A stretch of 64,000 nucleotides of DNA, from contig OZ218957.1 of the NCBI GenBank assembly GCA_965112735.1, positions 2,108,001 through 2,172,000 on the forward strand, in the 5' to 3' direction. The notes beneath the pieces are model-generated. The model was not told the DNA's origin, made no database searches, and saw only the letters and a program-made list of their open reading frames with translations. Shown piece by piece: positions 40,636-58,491 of this stretch (position 1 is its first letter; the number at the start of each line of letters is the position of its first letter). A program made the position numbers and the translations under genes. The stretch is from Phaeosaccion multiseriatum. Its lineage: Eukaryota; Protista; Ochrophyta, other classes.

Positions 40636-40883
40636 TCAATTGGGTGGGGACATTGATCTCACCTGATTTGGGCTCTTGGGGTCAGGGGGTTGGGTAAAGC
40701 CCTCTGCCTTTGTCTTTGGTGGTGATGGGGCGGCGGGCAGTGAAGGGGGGTGAGGCCTGTCCCCGGCCAGCTACGCATCGCTATAGCGAGGGATCACTAT
40801 AGCGGGCGAGCACTCACTATATAGACAAGAGGCGTTTGCTTGTACCAAGAGACCAGTGGTTGGTATCGTAGGTGCACAGCAGT

Positions 40884-40942
<59 letters not shown>

Positions 40943-42053
40943 GGGTAAAGCCTCCTTCGGAGACGAGGGAGGGAGAGGGAGTAGATACAATAGACTTTGG
41001 TGTTTCGACCACCGAGAATCGACATTAGATTTGGCGATTCGAAGGGTCCCAGGTTGCTTCATGCTACCACGGAAGGAGGGGGTGGGGGGCATATGCACGA
41101 CGACGACGACGACCCAAATAGTACGATCAAAGTAGTACTTGAAGTTAGGGAGGGGAGGGAGGGTGAAATCTTAGTCAAAGCTTTGCAGTGGTAAAATCTG
41201 AAGAACAGTACAACAGCCGCGGTAGGAGGGACGGAGGGAGGTAACGTGTGAAGAAAGAAAGCAGCATCTTTTTCGCCAGTTGGTGATACTAAAGAAGAGT
41301 AATACAATAGCAATACTTCCTTTTTGAAAGCAAGCCTAGATGCGTTGTCCCCTTGTTATATTTCCTTCGTTATACGGAGGCCGGGGCGGGAGCCTCGACG
41401 CAACCAAAGCACCGATGGCCGAAAGACGCAATTGAAGTGTTCAGACATGCCTAAAAAAGAAAAAAAGGCCGACGCCAAGAGATGTGGACCCTCCCTCTGC
41501 TGACTGGGCATCCTTTTCAAAAAAACAAAAAGGGGAATCATCGGAGTATGTATATACAAGGACAGGCCATAGATGGAAGAAGGAGGACGCGGAAGAGCCA
41601 CAGACGGGACGAATGAGTCGGGACAATGCCCCTCTGCTGCCTCCTTCCTCTCCCATCCTTCTTTTATGCCTGGCCACCGCCCTCGGGGTGTGAACAGGCC
41701 TGGTGTATCACCAGCTGTATCACCAACTGCTGCTGTTGATGCTGCTGCTGCTGCTCATGCTGCTTCTCGGCATCCCCGCCTCCCCCCACTGCTGCATCTG
41801 CTCCTCTTCGCCACTCTTCTGATGTTGATGAGGCTGCGGTTGGAGACAGCGTCCCTCGATCAGCCTCCCATAGCTGCTGCTGCTCCTCTTCTCTCCCACC
41901 CCTCCCTCCTGCCGCCTCCCTGATGCACAGCTCTCTCTCTCTCTGCTCTCCCCTCCTCTCCTTCCCCTTCAACCTCCAAGCTCCGCATCCAGGCACCAAT
42001 CCACGTCGGCCTCTTCAGTACTTGTCGTAACTGTCCCGCTCGCTGCCCTGGCT

Positions 42054-43680
42054 CTAATCTTGACGACCCTTGATGGTTTTAGTAGTGAGCCCCTGCGGTG
42101 TGAGGATGTGCACCACACAGCCCCAGCCGCTCAGCGCATCCCTGTCCACTGATGCCATGAGGCACTGTGATACCGTCTCGAACAGCTCGTCGGGACTCTG
42201 ATCATACACACACACCGAGAGAGACAGAGAAAGAGAGGGAGAGAGGGAGGGACGAACGCACAAGAGCAGGAGAGGGGGGAACCGAACCCGGCAGAGTAGA
42301 GGGTGAGAACGGCAAAATCAAAGTCAGGAGAGGCAAAGTATGTAGGTGGGGGGGGGGGGGGCAGTAGGGTGGCGAAGGCAATGGCCGGGATGGCCGGGCC
42401 CTACTTTCGATGGCAAATTCAAGGGAAGGCTTGGGCAGCGGCCAAAGCGTACAAAGCGCGCCAACAGCGGAAACGAATTCAGAGGTACTGCTGTTCCCCC
42501 CTCCCTCCAACCTCTGCTGTCTCTCCCCTCCTGCCTCTCTTTCTCACGTCCCCCTCCTTTTCTCCCCTCCTGCCTCTCTCATCTCTCCCTCCTTTTCTCC
42601 CCTCCTGCCTCTCTTTCTCGCCTCTCCCTCCTTTTCTCCCCTCCTCCCTCTCTCTCTCATCTCTTCTGTCTCCTTCCTTCCCTCCCTCCCTCCTCCCTCT
42701 CTCCCTCCCCACGCACCTGGTCCGGTCTGTAGAGAGTCTCACACATACCGTACATGTTCTCCGTGGCCGTGCCGCTCACAACAAAGTCATCCGTCGACAC
42801 GGGAGCACCGATGAGATCAAACGCCGATAAGAAGGGCTTGCCCTCGTCATCTAACCCCGCCACTACCGGCTCGATGAAGTAAGGGCCGAAGCGCTTCGAA
42901 TACAGAATGTGTGAAAGCAGGTGGCTAAATGTTTGCACCTTGATCTCACGCTCCTCCCTCAATTTGTACATGTTTAGGCGAAAAGTCAGGAGCTCGTGTA
43001 GGGTTTGCACGTCGGTGGCTAAGCCCGCCAGGCCAACTAGTACCTGTGCGAGCATAGTATTAGATAAGGGGGGAGGTGGTGCCGGGGAGAGGGGACGGGA
43101 CGGAGGTTCGAGTCAAGAGGGTTGCGGGGGGGGGGAGGCAAGAGGGAAGAAGGGTCCAGTGGTTGGTGTGTGGAGAAATTGAGTACGGTGAGTGAGGGTT
43201 GAGAAAAAAGGAAACAAAGGGGACACCAAGGAGAGGAGGCAGAGAAGCTATTGGTACGGGAGGAGGGGAAGGGGGGGTGTAGTCTCTCGTACAGCTCCCA
43301 TACTGGCTGGCTGGTACCTGTCCTATCGCCTTTACTATAGCCCGAGCTTGGTCTCTCTCACCTTCTCGTTCATGGGGTAGACCTTTTGGAAGTTCGTAGC
43401 CACTGTCTGCGCCTGATTACCTAACCGAGTGTCCGCCGCAATGGCGACACAGTCCTTCCCTGCCATAGCGATGATGGCTGCCCCGTTATACTGCAGGATA
43501 GACTGTGAAAGCACCGAGGTGGCGGGCAGGGAGAAGGTGACCAATTGGGGCAGGGGAGGTGAGCAATTTACAGCGCCAGGGGTGAGACCAAGACGTGGTA
43601 GGTGGTGGGGGGGTGGGTGGGTGGGTGGAGGTGACTGAGAAGAGGGTAGTACGGACTACGGACGGGTAAGAGCTGACCAT
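42054..43680 (-). CDS. PSMB3: 20S proteasome subunit beta type-3 (4 exons; first coding exon is only the ATG)
   Basis: M|SILQYNGAAIIAMAGKDCVAIAADTRLG, GLAGLATDVQT, RFGPYFIEPVVAGL and LMASVDRDALSGWG...KGRQD*. Confidence 0.97.
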
Positions 43681-44391
43681 TCCCACTGCCAGGGTGAGAG
43701 CAGACAGCACGAGGAGAGGGAAGAACTTCCGACTGGGGAAATCGAAAGGTTGGAGCAGAGGAAGACCACATCCACTTCAGAGTACGAGTTCGCCAGGCAG
43801 CTCTGCAAGCACAAATAGATCCCTTCAATTGCCACCACGCAGGCCAGCAGCGAGCGCAGGCTATGGCAAGTAGCAGCAGCAGCAAGCGCAGCAGGTAGGG
43901 AACATTGCAAAGGTCATCGCCTCGCTCGCTTACCATGATGAGACCGGCCGTGCCCAACAAAGCGAGAACCCTCCTTCTCCTTCTCCTCCTACTCCCCCTT
44001 GTGATGCTCCTGCTCCCTCTCTCTCTGTCTCTCTCTTCCCTGCTCTTTGGAGTCAACCTCTCTGGAAATCGAGTTATTTTTCCAGGGGGGCGCGTTTCCG
44101 AGCCGGGACACACACACAGCATAACGGGCTCGAGTTTGATCGAGTTTGGGATCATCCACTCCCCACTTCCTCTCGGTTTGTTGCAGCTACCACTCTCCCA
44201 ACCCATTTTTTTCTTCTTTGTTGGCTACATCTCGCTGCTGCTCTACCTAGTGGGCTAAATCGGACCCTACCGGCAAAGGCGAGCACACAGCTTCTACAAT
44301 TGATTACCGCTCCTGAGCTTCCCATCCCTGTGGGCCCAAAGCGGCGTCTCCCAAGAAGCAGCGCGACAAGCGCCCTTGAGCGCACCTCAAA

Positions 44392-46967
44392 ATGGACACC
44401 ACTGATGCTCCTCAGCTCATTGAGCACGTGTCCAAGTCGCTGACCTTCACCCCATACGAGACGAAATGGGTCCCCTGCAGCAAGCGCTTCGTCGTAGCCG
44501 GTATCTACCCAAGAGCGAAAGGAGCATTGCAGGTGAGCCCAAGTCAGCCCTCTCCCTCTTTTTCTACCGGATCCCTACTGTTTTCAAGTCCTCCAACCAC
44601 CTCCCTCACCGGCTGCGGCTGCCGTACCTGGTGCCCCGCTCTTCAGCGTCCTCCTTTTTCCTCAACTCCTCACTGCCGCTCACCGCTACGCCGGCTTCGT
44701 CATCTTCCCGTAGTGCCCCACCTCCGCCACTTCTACCCCCCATTCTCTTCCGCAGTCTCCCCACACTCCTCTCTCCCTCCGGTTGTATGGCAAATCAATC
44801 GTCATCACCACCACCACCACCACCACCTTCACCACCTTCGCCACGCCCACATTAGCCTCCCCCCCTTCTCCTCCCATGCCCACACCCGCACCTGCTCACC
44901 CCCCCTCCTCCCTCCTCCCTCCCCTTCCCTCTCCTCCATCACTCAGATATACGAGATGGACAAGGGCAACCTCAAGCTTGTAGGCGAGCAGGAGAAGCCC
45001 GCGGGCATCAAATGCGCCACCTTTGGAGCCTCCTCTCTGGAGGATCGACACCTTGCCTGTGGAGACTACGAAGGAAAGCTCTGCGTGTACGACCTAGAGA
45101 GGCCGGAGGTGCCCATCTATAGCGTACAGGTGCGCGCGTGTGTCTAGTGTGTAAGGGGTGAAAGTGTTTTCGTGTATACACACGCCTTTATGTATGTGTT
45201 TTTTTTGTGAGGCCCCGTGTTCGGCCCTCCTACCCCTGATGCCCCCCATCTCACGCCACCCTCGTGCCCTCTGTCTGACAACGACAACAACACCTACTAC
45301 TGCTACTGCTGCCGTTGTGGTATCACCAACTGCTGATGCTATCGCGCCGCGGCTGCTCCGCTAACTCCAGGCACACAGCAGCATTATCAATGCCATCGAC
45401 GGCGTCGGCGGACAGGAGGTGGGCTATGGCGCACCCGAGCTTGTCACGGGAGGAAGGGACGGATGCGTTAGGGTATGGGACACCAGAGTGGAGCAGCCGG
45501 TGCTCAGCTTGGAGCCAGAGGAGGGAGAGGTGAGATCGCATGGTCATGAGGCCGCGAGGGGGGGAGAGTGGGTGGTCAAGGCAGTGAGGCAGGTAGGCAG
45601 GCAAGGCAGACAGGCGAATGAAGACGCTTTGCGAGGACCCTTTGTGCGCTGCAGGAGAGGGCTGCTGCTGTAGGAGGGCCAAATTCTATCACAAACAAGA
45701 CAGGACAGGACACACTGTCGAAGGATCGACACTCTCTAACTTTTTTTTTGTCTGTATGTGTGTGCCTCTACTGGACTGCCCCTTCGTACACCGATTACCT
45801 ACGGATGTACATAAACATACGTAGGCGCCTCGGGATTGCTGGACAGTGGGGTTCGGCAACTCGTTCAACGACGAGGAGCGATCCATCGTGGCGGGCTACG
45901 ACAACGGAGACATTAAGTTGTTCGACCTCCGCACCAATAGCCTTCGGTGGGAGACCAACGTCAGCAACGGGGTGACAGCGGTGCAGTTCGACAGGAGAGG
46001 TGCGCCCAAGTGAAGCAAAGGCAAACGCAAAGCAGAGGCAAAGCAAAGGCCCTTTGACGGCACCTACATACTCACGCACGCCCGCCCGCACACCCGCACG
46101 CACTCACGCACTTCCTTCACGGTATCCCTTGCCCCCCCCTCCCCTACTTCTATTGATTGACTTACCTACGCATCCGTCCCGTCAGATATCGAGATGAACA
46201 AACTCGTGGTGACAACGCTGGAGAGCAAGTTCAGGACGTACGACATGAGGACACAGCACCCAACAGAGGTCAGTCAGTCAGCCAGCCATTCAGTTTATCT
46301 CTCAGTCACTGAGAGACTCACATAGTGGCTCTCTCAGATAGTCGGTCAGTCAGTCAGTCATTCAGTCAGTCAGCCTCAGCCGGTCAGTCAGTCAGTCATT
46401 CCGTTAGTCAACCTCAGTCAGTCAGTCAGTCAGTCAGTCTCTCGGTCAGTCTCTCAGTCAGCATCTCAGTCGCGTCAGTCAGTCCGTCACTTGGGCGATG
46501 ACTCAGATAGTCACCCACTCCCTCTCTCCCGCCAACGCCTCCCTTCTCTCCCTTCCTGTCTCTCTCTCTCTCTCTCTCTGCGCGCGCTCTCTCTCTCATA
46601 CACCCCATCCACCTACCCACCCACCCATCAACAACAGGGCTTTGCGCATTTGAGCGAAAAGGCCCACAAGAGCACGGTTTGGCTCGCGCGCCACCTCCCG
46701 CAAAACAGAGACATTTTCATGACCGGGGGCGGCAACGGAGGCTTCAATCTCTACAAATATCACTACCCCTCCTCTCGCACTGCCACGGACAGAGAGAACC
46801 ACCTCAAGGGCGTTGTGGGAAAGGTGGAGCTGCTGAATAGCAGAGTGATTAGCACGCAGCCCATTGTCTCGTTCGACTGGAGCCCCGACAGGGAGGGGCT
46901 TTGCGTCATGTCGTGCCTAGACCAGACGCTGCGGGTGTTTATTGTCACTAAATTGAACAAATATTAA
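44392..46967 (+). CDS. WDR92: WD-repeat protein 92 (dynein axonemal assembly factor 10 / R2TP-prefoldin component), 6 exons
   Basis: [86 protein letters not shown] and [18 protein letters not shown]...IVTKLNKY*. Confidence 0.97.
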
Positions 46968-47259
46968 ATTATTTTTTGTTTGTTTTCGGTTCTACATTGT
47001 ATGTAGGTATTGGTTGTACAGTATTGACGTAACGGTTACGGCGGCTGATCCGACGGCTGATTGGGTTTTCGTCCCACACAAAAAGAGGTTGTAAGCAGTC
47101 GGAGAGAGGACGCCCTGTGATTGCACTCTCCTCATTCGGGGAGGAGGGGCCACGAGAGCGCACCCCGCCCTCTCCCCTCGTCATGCCGAGCGCAGGGGGC
47201 GAAAAGTAAAAGATAAGGAGGCGGGTACTAGAGGAGGGGGGTTCGAGAAGAAGCCACCC

Positions 47260-50200
47260 ATGTCTGACTGGGGCTTCGCGGCAGACAGTCTAGTGGGCGT
47301 GGAGGACAGCCAGCCTGCCGCCACCGCGGAGGTCGCCGGCCATGGAGCGCATGGGGGCGAGGGGAAGGGAGAAGGAGATGCCAGGCCGCAACAGCAGCTG
47401 CACGTCTCGGGGGGGAAGGAGGGCGGGGCAGAGGGAGATAAGCGGAAGACTTCCACCACACAGGGGGAGGAGAGTAGTCAAAGAGAAGATCACCGCGCGG
47501 GCACTGCACTGAGAACAGCGGGCGAGAACATGATGAAGGATGCAGATGAGTTTGTGCAAAGGGGCAAGCGCTTCGCCCGGGCCGCCAACTTTTGGGGTAC
47601 GCTGGCCAAGGAGACAAGGAGCGGCATTGTGTTCGTGATATTTCTTATGCTCTTCAGTGCGAGCACCTTCGGTCCGCGTAGCTCGGAAGCGTACTTTATG
47701 ACACACGCCGTGGACGGGACCTTCTTCGACACGGCCTTTGTGCGTGACACCACGTACTACGACATTGTGGAGATGGAGCAGGTGCTTCCCTGGATGCGCA
47801 ATACCTTCCTACCCAACCTTCTTCCAGAGGTGGAGAAGCAGGTCACAGTTAATGGCACATCCACCACAACCACAAGCACAGCAGCTCACATTCGACACAG
47901 CACGGCGATTCGGGTAGGGTTGGCGAGGATGCGGTTGGTGAGGACGGAGAGCATGGCTTGTGACGAGGGTTCCACACTCTTTCCGGGCATCGAGACGTGT
48001 CATGCCGGCTACACCAACCTGGATGAGGACACGGGTGACTTCCTTGGGATTCAGTGGGCCTCGGCCAGCCAGCTCAACACGCCCACCTTCACTTCCTCGC
48101 GGACAAAGATTGACTACCCCGGCAGCGGCTACGTTGTGGACATTCCTGCTAATTACTCGGCCTCTGTCGGGATGTTTGATGGACTTGTGAATCAGAGTTT
48201 TGTGGACACTTCGTCCAGGGCAATCTTCATAGGTAAGTAACAGTCATGTCATGTCGCCTCGTCAGTCGTTCAATCCCACCTTTGACCTGACCCAAACCGG
48301 CCCTTCTCCCTCCCTCCCTCCCTCCCTCCCTCCAGACTTCTCGGTCTACAACGTCAACATCAACATGTTCTCCGTTGTAACCGCCCTCTTGGAAGTCATG
48401 CCCACAGGACGGATCATGACCTCTGTCAACTTCCGCACCGTCCCCGTGCTCCTTGCGCACTCGGTGCTCACAGGAGAGGCGGGCAGGTCCGACGAGCTTT
48501 ACTTTGTGCTGGAGATGATCTTCTTCCTCTTCATCGTCACCTATGCCATTAAAGACTTGTATAAGATACTGCAGGAGGGCGTGGTCCATTACTTTGGCGG
48601 GTCGTTTTGGCACTACATTGATGCGACGAACATGACCATTTTCGTTGTGGTCATGTCCATGCGGATACACATCATGCTCAAGGCGTTCGACACCCAAAAG
48701 GATATCGTCGCATCCACCGGAGGAGAAGAAGGAGGAGAGGAGCACTACCTCAACCTCGTTAACGTAGGGGATTTGCACATTAACGTGAACCGTCTCAACG
48801 CCGTCAACGCCATCCTCTGCACGATGCGTTTCTTCCAAGTGGTACGCATCAGTAAAGGTCTGGCGCAGTTCACAGACACACTCGCGCACGCAGCTTCGGA
48901 TGTGACCGTGTTGTTGTTCGTTATCAGCTTCATATTGAGTGGCTACGGCTCGGGCTTTATGCTTGGTTTTGGCAACTCCGTGTCGGAGTATCGAGACGTT
49001 GTGGAAGCGTCCTTGACGCTGTTTAATGCGCTGCTGGGGGACTTTAGTCTGGAGTTGATCAGAGACACCAATCGCTTTTTGGGGCCCGTGCTCTTTCTGT
49101 CCTACATTGTGGTCATGCTCTTTGTCATTCTAAGCATGTTCTTGGTAAGTGGAGGAAGGGGACGGTGGGAGGGTGGGAGAGGAGGGAGGGAGGAAGGAAG
49201 GAAGGAAGGGAGGGAAGGAGGGAGGGAGGAAGGAAGGAAGGAAGGAAGGAAGGAAGGGAGGAAGGGAGGAAGGAAGGAAGGAAGGAAGGAAGGAAGGAAG
49301 GAAGGAAGGAAGGAAGGAAGGAAGGAAGGAAGGAAGGAAGGAAGGAAGGAAGGAAGGAAGGAAGGAAGGAAGGAAGGAAGGAAGGAAGGAAGGAAGGAAG
49401 GAAGGAAGGAAGGAAGGAAGGAAGGAAGGAAGGAAGGAAGGAAGGAAGGAAGGAAGGAAGGAAGGAGGGAGGGAGGGAGGGAGGGAGGGAGGGAGGGAGG
49501 GAGGGAGGGAGGGAGGGAAGGAAGAGCGAGAGAGGGAGGAAAGGGAGGTTGCAAGGAAGTCCTAACCTTCCGACGGCCTCCCCGCCCGCCCACCCTCCAC
49601 ACGCGGCGCGCGCACGCACGCCCACACACACCCACACACACATATCCCCACCCACACACACACCCACACACGCACACCCAACTACACCCACCCTCACACA
49701 CGCACACACACACACACACACCTACACACAAACAGGCGATCATCAACAAGAGCTATCTTATGGTGCAGTCCATAGCCATGGCCGCCGAGCGGGAGGGGGT
49801 GAAGCGAGGCACCATGGCCTACGACGTACTCCGCTTCAAGATATTCGTCATGGGCCAGACCAAGGACCTTCTGCATTGGATGCAGCGGCGTAAAGCGGCT
49901 TTCTGTAACAGTAGCAGGGTGTACGTGGAGCAGGAGGAGGAGGAGGAGGAGGAAGAGGAAGGGAAGGGGAACAAGGGGGGCGGGGACGCTGCGAGCGGTG
50001 GAGGCGAGGGGCAGGGCAGGGAAGAAGGGGCAGCTGCCTCAGCGGCAGGAACAGGAGCAGGAGGAGCAAGAGCAGGCGCCGCCGCAAGGCAGGAACAGAG
50101 AGGAGGAGTGCAGCCGCAACAGCAGCCATCGCAAAATGAGGGGGAGGCGGAAGAGAAGAAGGGGCAGAGGCGCGCCTTGGTCTTGGGCTTGCTCGGTGGT

Positions 50201-50515
50201 GACGGCGGCGGTGATGGCGGTGGTGGTAGGGTTGGGGTGAGGGGGCCCAACATGCAGGAGGGGCCGAGTAGGGCAGGCGGGTGGCTCAAGGAGCAGGGAA
50301 GCGTATCGGAGAGCACGCTGCTGGAGAGAGTGAGTCGCCTAAGAAGGCAACAGACAGAGCTTGAGAGTGTGCTTGCTCAAATACAGGAGTCGTTCAAGGA
50401 CGGTGGTGGTGGTGGTGGTGGTGGTGGTGATGGTGGTGGTGTTGGTGGAGGTGTTGGTGGAGGTGGTGGTGGTAGTGTGACGTTCGCGCCAACACAGCAA
50501 CATACTTTACTTTAG
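47260..50515 (+). CDS. Polycystin-2 (TRPP)-like cation channel, 3 exons (introns about 48233-48335 and 49145-49735)
   Basis: S1 plus TOP domain (VGLARMRLVR, YPGSGYVVDIP, FVDTSSRAIFIDFSVYNVNINMF), S2-S6, pore LLGDF, S6 LSMFLAIINKSY, and C-terminal coiled coil LLERVSRLRRQQTELESVLAQIQE. Confidence 0.92.
49180..49520. repeat. (GGAA)n/(GGGA)n tract in the 5' half of a PKD2 intron
   Basis: Directly visible; explains the spurious EGRK repeats in the ORF track. Confidence 0.95.
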
Positions 50516-51337
50516 CTTTACGGATTGAGATTGCGATAGACCTCGCTGACTCTTGTTGCCCAGGCAGGCCATCGAATGGTACTAATCTCTTGACTCCTCT
50601 CCCTTGGGACACCTACCTACCCCACATGCTGATTGAAACGTCCGCCTCAACTCCTTTCGTTCATACGTACAGCCATGAGGCCCCTGTACTTCCTACAGAC
50701 GCACCCATCTGATTGATTCCTAAAAAACAACAATATAAACCGAACAGATTCGGGTTCTCTTGTGTGTTGTCGCCCTATCATTCAAATGTGTATGTATAGC
50801 AGTCTTTTGCTTGCTTGTGGGTGTGTGGGTGGGTGGGTGCGTACTTCTTTTCCCCGCGTAGAGGGGTCTCTACTGGGCCTTTGCCCTCGCTTTGCTGACT
50901 TGTTCTATCCACTCTACCGCACACCTCCAACTGAGCACAGAGGTCTTCACAACGAAGGCCAACAACGGACGAGCGATTCTTCAGACGCCCCCGAGGAAGA
51001 AAGAAACTACGTCCTCTCCTCGCCAGATGACAACCCCACCACAGCTACAGCGCAACCCCACCACAGCTACAATTCAGTTCCTGCTGCCACATCCCCTGTT
51101 CTCCCCTCCCTCTCCCCCCGGGCCGCAAAGGAGGAGGAGGAGGAGGAGGAGGAGGAGGAGGAGGAGGAGGAGGGGGGGGGGGAAAGAGTACACACACACA
51201 GCACAAGATCCAGTCGGCGCTCACACCCTCCCATTTATACCCCATACCCCATCAATCAGCTCGTGCTGTAATAAGTAACGGTTGTCAAGAAAGAGGCGGT
51301 GGGTAACAAGGTGTTTACGCGGTGTTTAGACGATGTT

Positions 51338-56032
<4,695 letters not shown>

Positions 56033-56265
56033 TGATCTTTTCCAGATGATCTTTTTGATTGAGAGAGAGGGAAAGAGGGGGGGCAAGGGTCGGCAAGGAA
56101 CAGGATTTTTCATAAGTCAGGGAAAATTAAATGCCCCGATGGCCCGAACCAATTAATTTTGCCCTCTGATTTGCCGATGATGAGGATCCTCCCAGCTCCC
56201 CGCCTGGGCAGCACAGGTGCATGAAGCAATGCGGCCGGGACTGTTGGTGAAATGGCTGTCCATCC

Positions 56266-56727
56266 ATGACCAGTGCCAAGGCCTTTGGGGGGGAATATTG
56301 TGGGGAAGGGCCACCACATCTTCGTCGCCACCGTTTTCACGAGACTTTTATACCTTACAAGCGTGATGGAGTCTGTCAAGCGCATGCAGTCGGCCAAGAA
56401 GGTGTGGCTACGAGCCGAGTGTGAAAACTTTCATCTGGAAGTACTGCAATGGCTGCACGCTAATTCACGGGAGCTGTGCGAATTGGAATGAAGGTGTCTG
56501 CTGGTCAGTACGCAGTTTTGGCGGCAATATTTATTTCAGACGGCCAAGAACCCCCCTATCCTCCAACGCCTCCGTTCAGAGGAGGTCATGTGCCCCTGGG
56601 ACTGGAGCGGCGCATGCCCAGAGTACTTGGTAATTGACTTTGGTGGTCTAGGGCATATATCCCCGACTTTGAGGCGATGAAGCAGTGTGTGCACGCTAAC
56701 GGACACCCCTGCGACTGCCATGACTGA
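56266..56727 (+). pseudogene. Frameshifted, internally deleted inverted copy of the 57481-58491 gene
   Basis: Collinear matching blocks MTSAKA, VGKGHHIFVATV, SVMESVKRMQSAK, LEVLQWLHANSRELC, LRSEEVMCPWD and FEAMKQCVHANGHPCDCHD*, in shifting frames. Confidence 0.9.
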
Positions 56728-56820
56728 CCGACATGACTCAAGACATTGAGAGGAGATGGAGGTGCCCGGGCACTACACTTCTCTGCTGCATGTACGGAGG
56801 TGTATATATTAAATATATAT

Positions 56821-56852
<32 letters not shown>

Positions 56853-57480
56853 ATATATATGTATATATATATATATATATAATATATATGTATATATAAT
56901 ATATATATTGCTCTGTACTGGGCGGCCGGGCGAGTGACATGGGAGGAGCGCCTCAAAACGGGACAAATCAGTGCAATCGTCGCCCTTCATGGATTGGCGC
57001 TTGCACACGCCATTGTATAACAAACGCCTGCTCCGGAGAGTTTGCTCTTACTTCCTTCCCCTTTTGTGTCAATACTTGTTTCGTCTCTAATTGAAAGCTC
57101 TTGCTGCGGTGGCGGCAGTCCTTACGTGTACAAAAGAATATACAGAAATATGTCATGTAAGAGAAGCGATGCTCTCAAGTTTTCTTGCCCAGGGCGGCCA
57201 GAGGGGTGCAGATGAGGAAAGGCAGGGCCAAGCTAGACGAAGGCCTCGGGCGAAGCAAGGCAAACACACGACCACCCAAACAGGCATTTTACTGGGTGTA
57301 TTTTGGCCCAACACCCCCTCCCCGCCTCCAACCCTCTGTATAGATTGGACTCCTCGGTCCCGTCTGAAATCGCGAGGAGTTCGAGAGTGAGTGAAGTAAG
57401 AGCAGCGCGCGCCCGTTGGGAGACGGGCATATTTGCCTCTTCCGTCCTTCTACTGTTTTCAGGCGAGCAGCAAGGGGTTC

Positions 57481-58491
57481 TCAGTCTTGGCAGGAGCAAG
57501 GGCGTCCATTGGCATGCACCCACTGCTTCATCTCCTCGAAAGCAGTAGAGGTAATATCCCATCGAACAAGGTAGTTGTCCCTCAGGATCTGTGGACATGC
57601 TCCCCTATCCCAGGGACACAAGACCTCCTCTGAGCGGAGCCATTTCAGCATGGAGAGGCTCTTGGCGTACCGAACTGCGCCATAACAGACGTGTGCATCC
57701 CACCTGCACAGCTCCCGTGCGTTTGCATGAAGCCATTGCAGCACTTCCAGATTGCCCTTTCTAGCCGCCAAAAACGGCCACGGCGCAGGCCGCCAGAAGC
57801 TGCCCTCACCCCCCGCCTCCATCTGAGCTCTGACCTTGGGGTGCTGCACAAGCATGTTTAGCACGGGAATGTGCCCCGCCTTCACAGCCTCGTCCCACAT
57901 CTCGGCGTGAGGAGGCCCCTCAAACTCATCGGACAGGAGCCACTCTACAACCTCCACATAGCCGCACTTGCCAGCTTCCCTACTTATCCCACGTTCCGAC
58001 GAAAGACAGTGCTCCTCGCCGAAGAGGTCATCGGATCGCAACCACTTGAGGATATGTAGCCCATGCCGAGCATTCCTCACAGCCGATGTGTAGACCTCTT
58101 CGTCCCAGGAACATTCCATACCGTGAAGCTCCTCGCACACGCTCACATCTCCGTACTCTGCCGCCGCCTTGAAAGTGCTCACACTCAGCTCGTATCCACA
58201 TTCCTTGGCCCACTGCACGCGCTTGACAGATTTCACCACGCTTGGAAGTGAAGTCTCGGCCGAAGGGTGGGCCGCGCTGTAGAGATTTCCCCACTCCCTG
58301 CACACGGTGGCGATGAAGACGTGGTGGCCCTTCCCCACAAGGGGCATGACTCTTCGCAGGACCTCCTCCATCCCCAAGGCCTTGGCACTGGCCATGTAGG
58401 TCTCCTGGGCCACAGCAGCTTCAGCACCAGTCCCCACGGCATTATTTTTCCCTCCCCTCCTCCCCTTCTTCTTGGGGGCCACCTCTGCCAT
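57481..58491 (-). CDS. Intronless F-box-like + degenerate ankyrin-type repeat protein (family common in giant viruses and algae)
   Basis: EEVLRRVMPLVGKGHHVFIATVCREW (F-box-like), followed by repeats AAEYGDVSVCEELH..CSWDE, AGKCGYVEVVEWL, AVKAGHIPVLNML and AARKGNLEVLQWLHAN..CRWD..CPWD. N-terminal PKKKGRR is NLS-like. Confidence 0.8.
   Translation of the reverse strand: MAEVAPKKKGRRGGKNNAVGTGAEAAVAQETYMASAKALGMEEVLRRVMPLVGKGHHVFIATVCREWGNLYSAAHPSAETSLPSVVKSVKRVQWAKECGYELSVSTFKAAAEYGDVSVCEELHGMECSWDEEVYTSAVRNARHGLHILKWLRSDDLFGEEHCLSSERGISREAGKCGYVEVVEWLLSDEFEGPPHAEMWDEAVKAGHIPVLNMLVQHPKVRAQMEAGGEGSFWRPAPWPFLAARKGNLEVLQWLHANARELCRWDAHVCYGAVRYAKSLSMLKWLRSEEVLCPWDRGACPQILRDNYLVRWDITSTAFEEMKQWVHANGRPCSCQD

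Noticed and set aside
49145-49735. Several stop-free introns of 3n length (also 3611-3814, 34927-35115, 44533-44946) suggesting programmed intron retention
   Set aside because: A handful out of roughly 70 GC-rich, low-complexity introns is about what chance would give, and retention would break conserved domains.
56812-56908. AT-only island as a replication origin or hairpin
   Set aside because: A degenerate (TA)n microsatellite; its self-complementarity is trivial.
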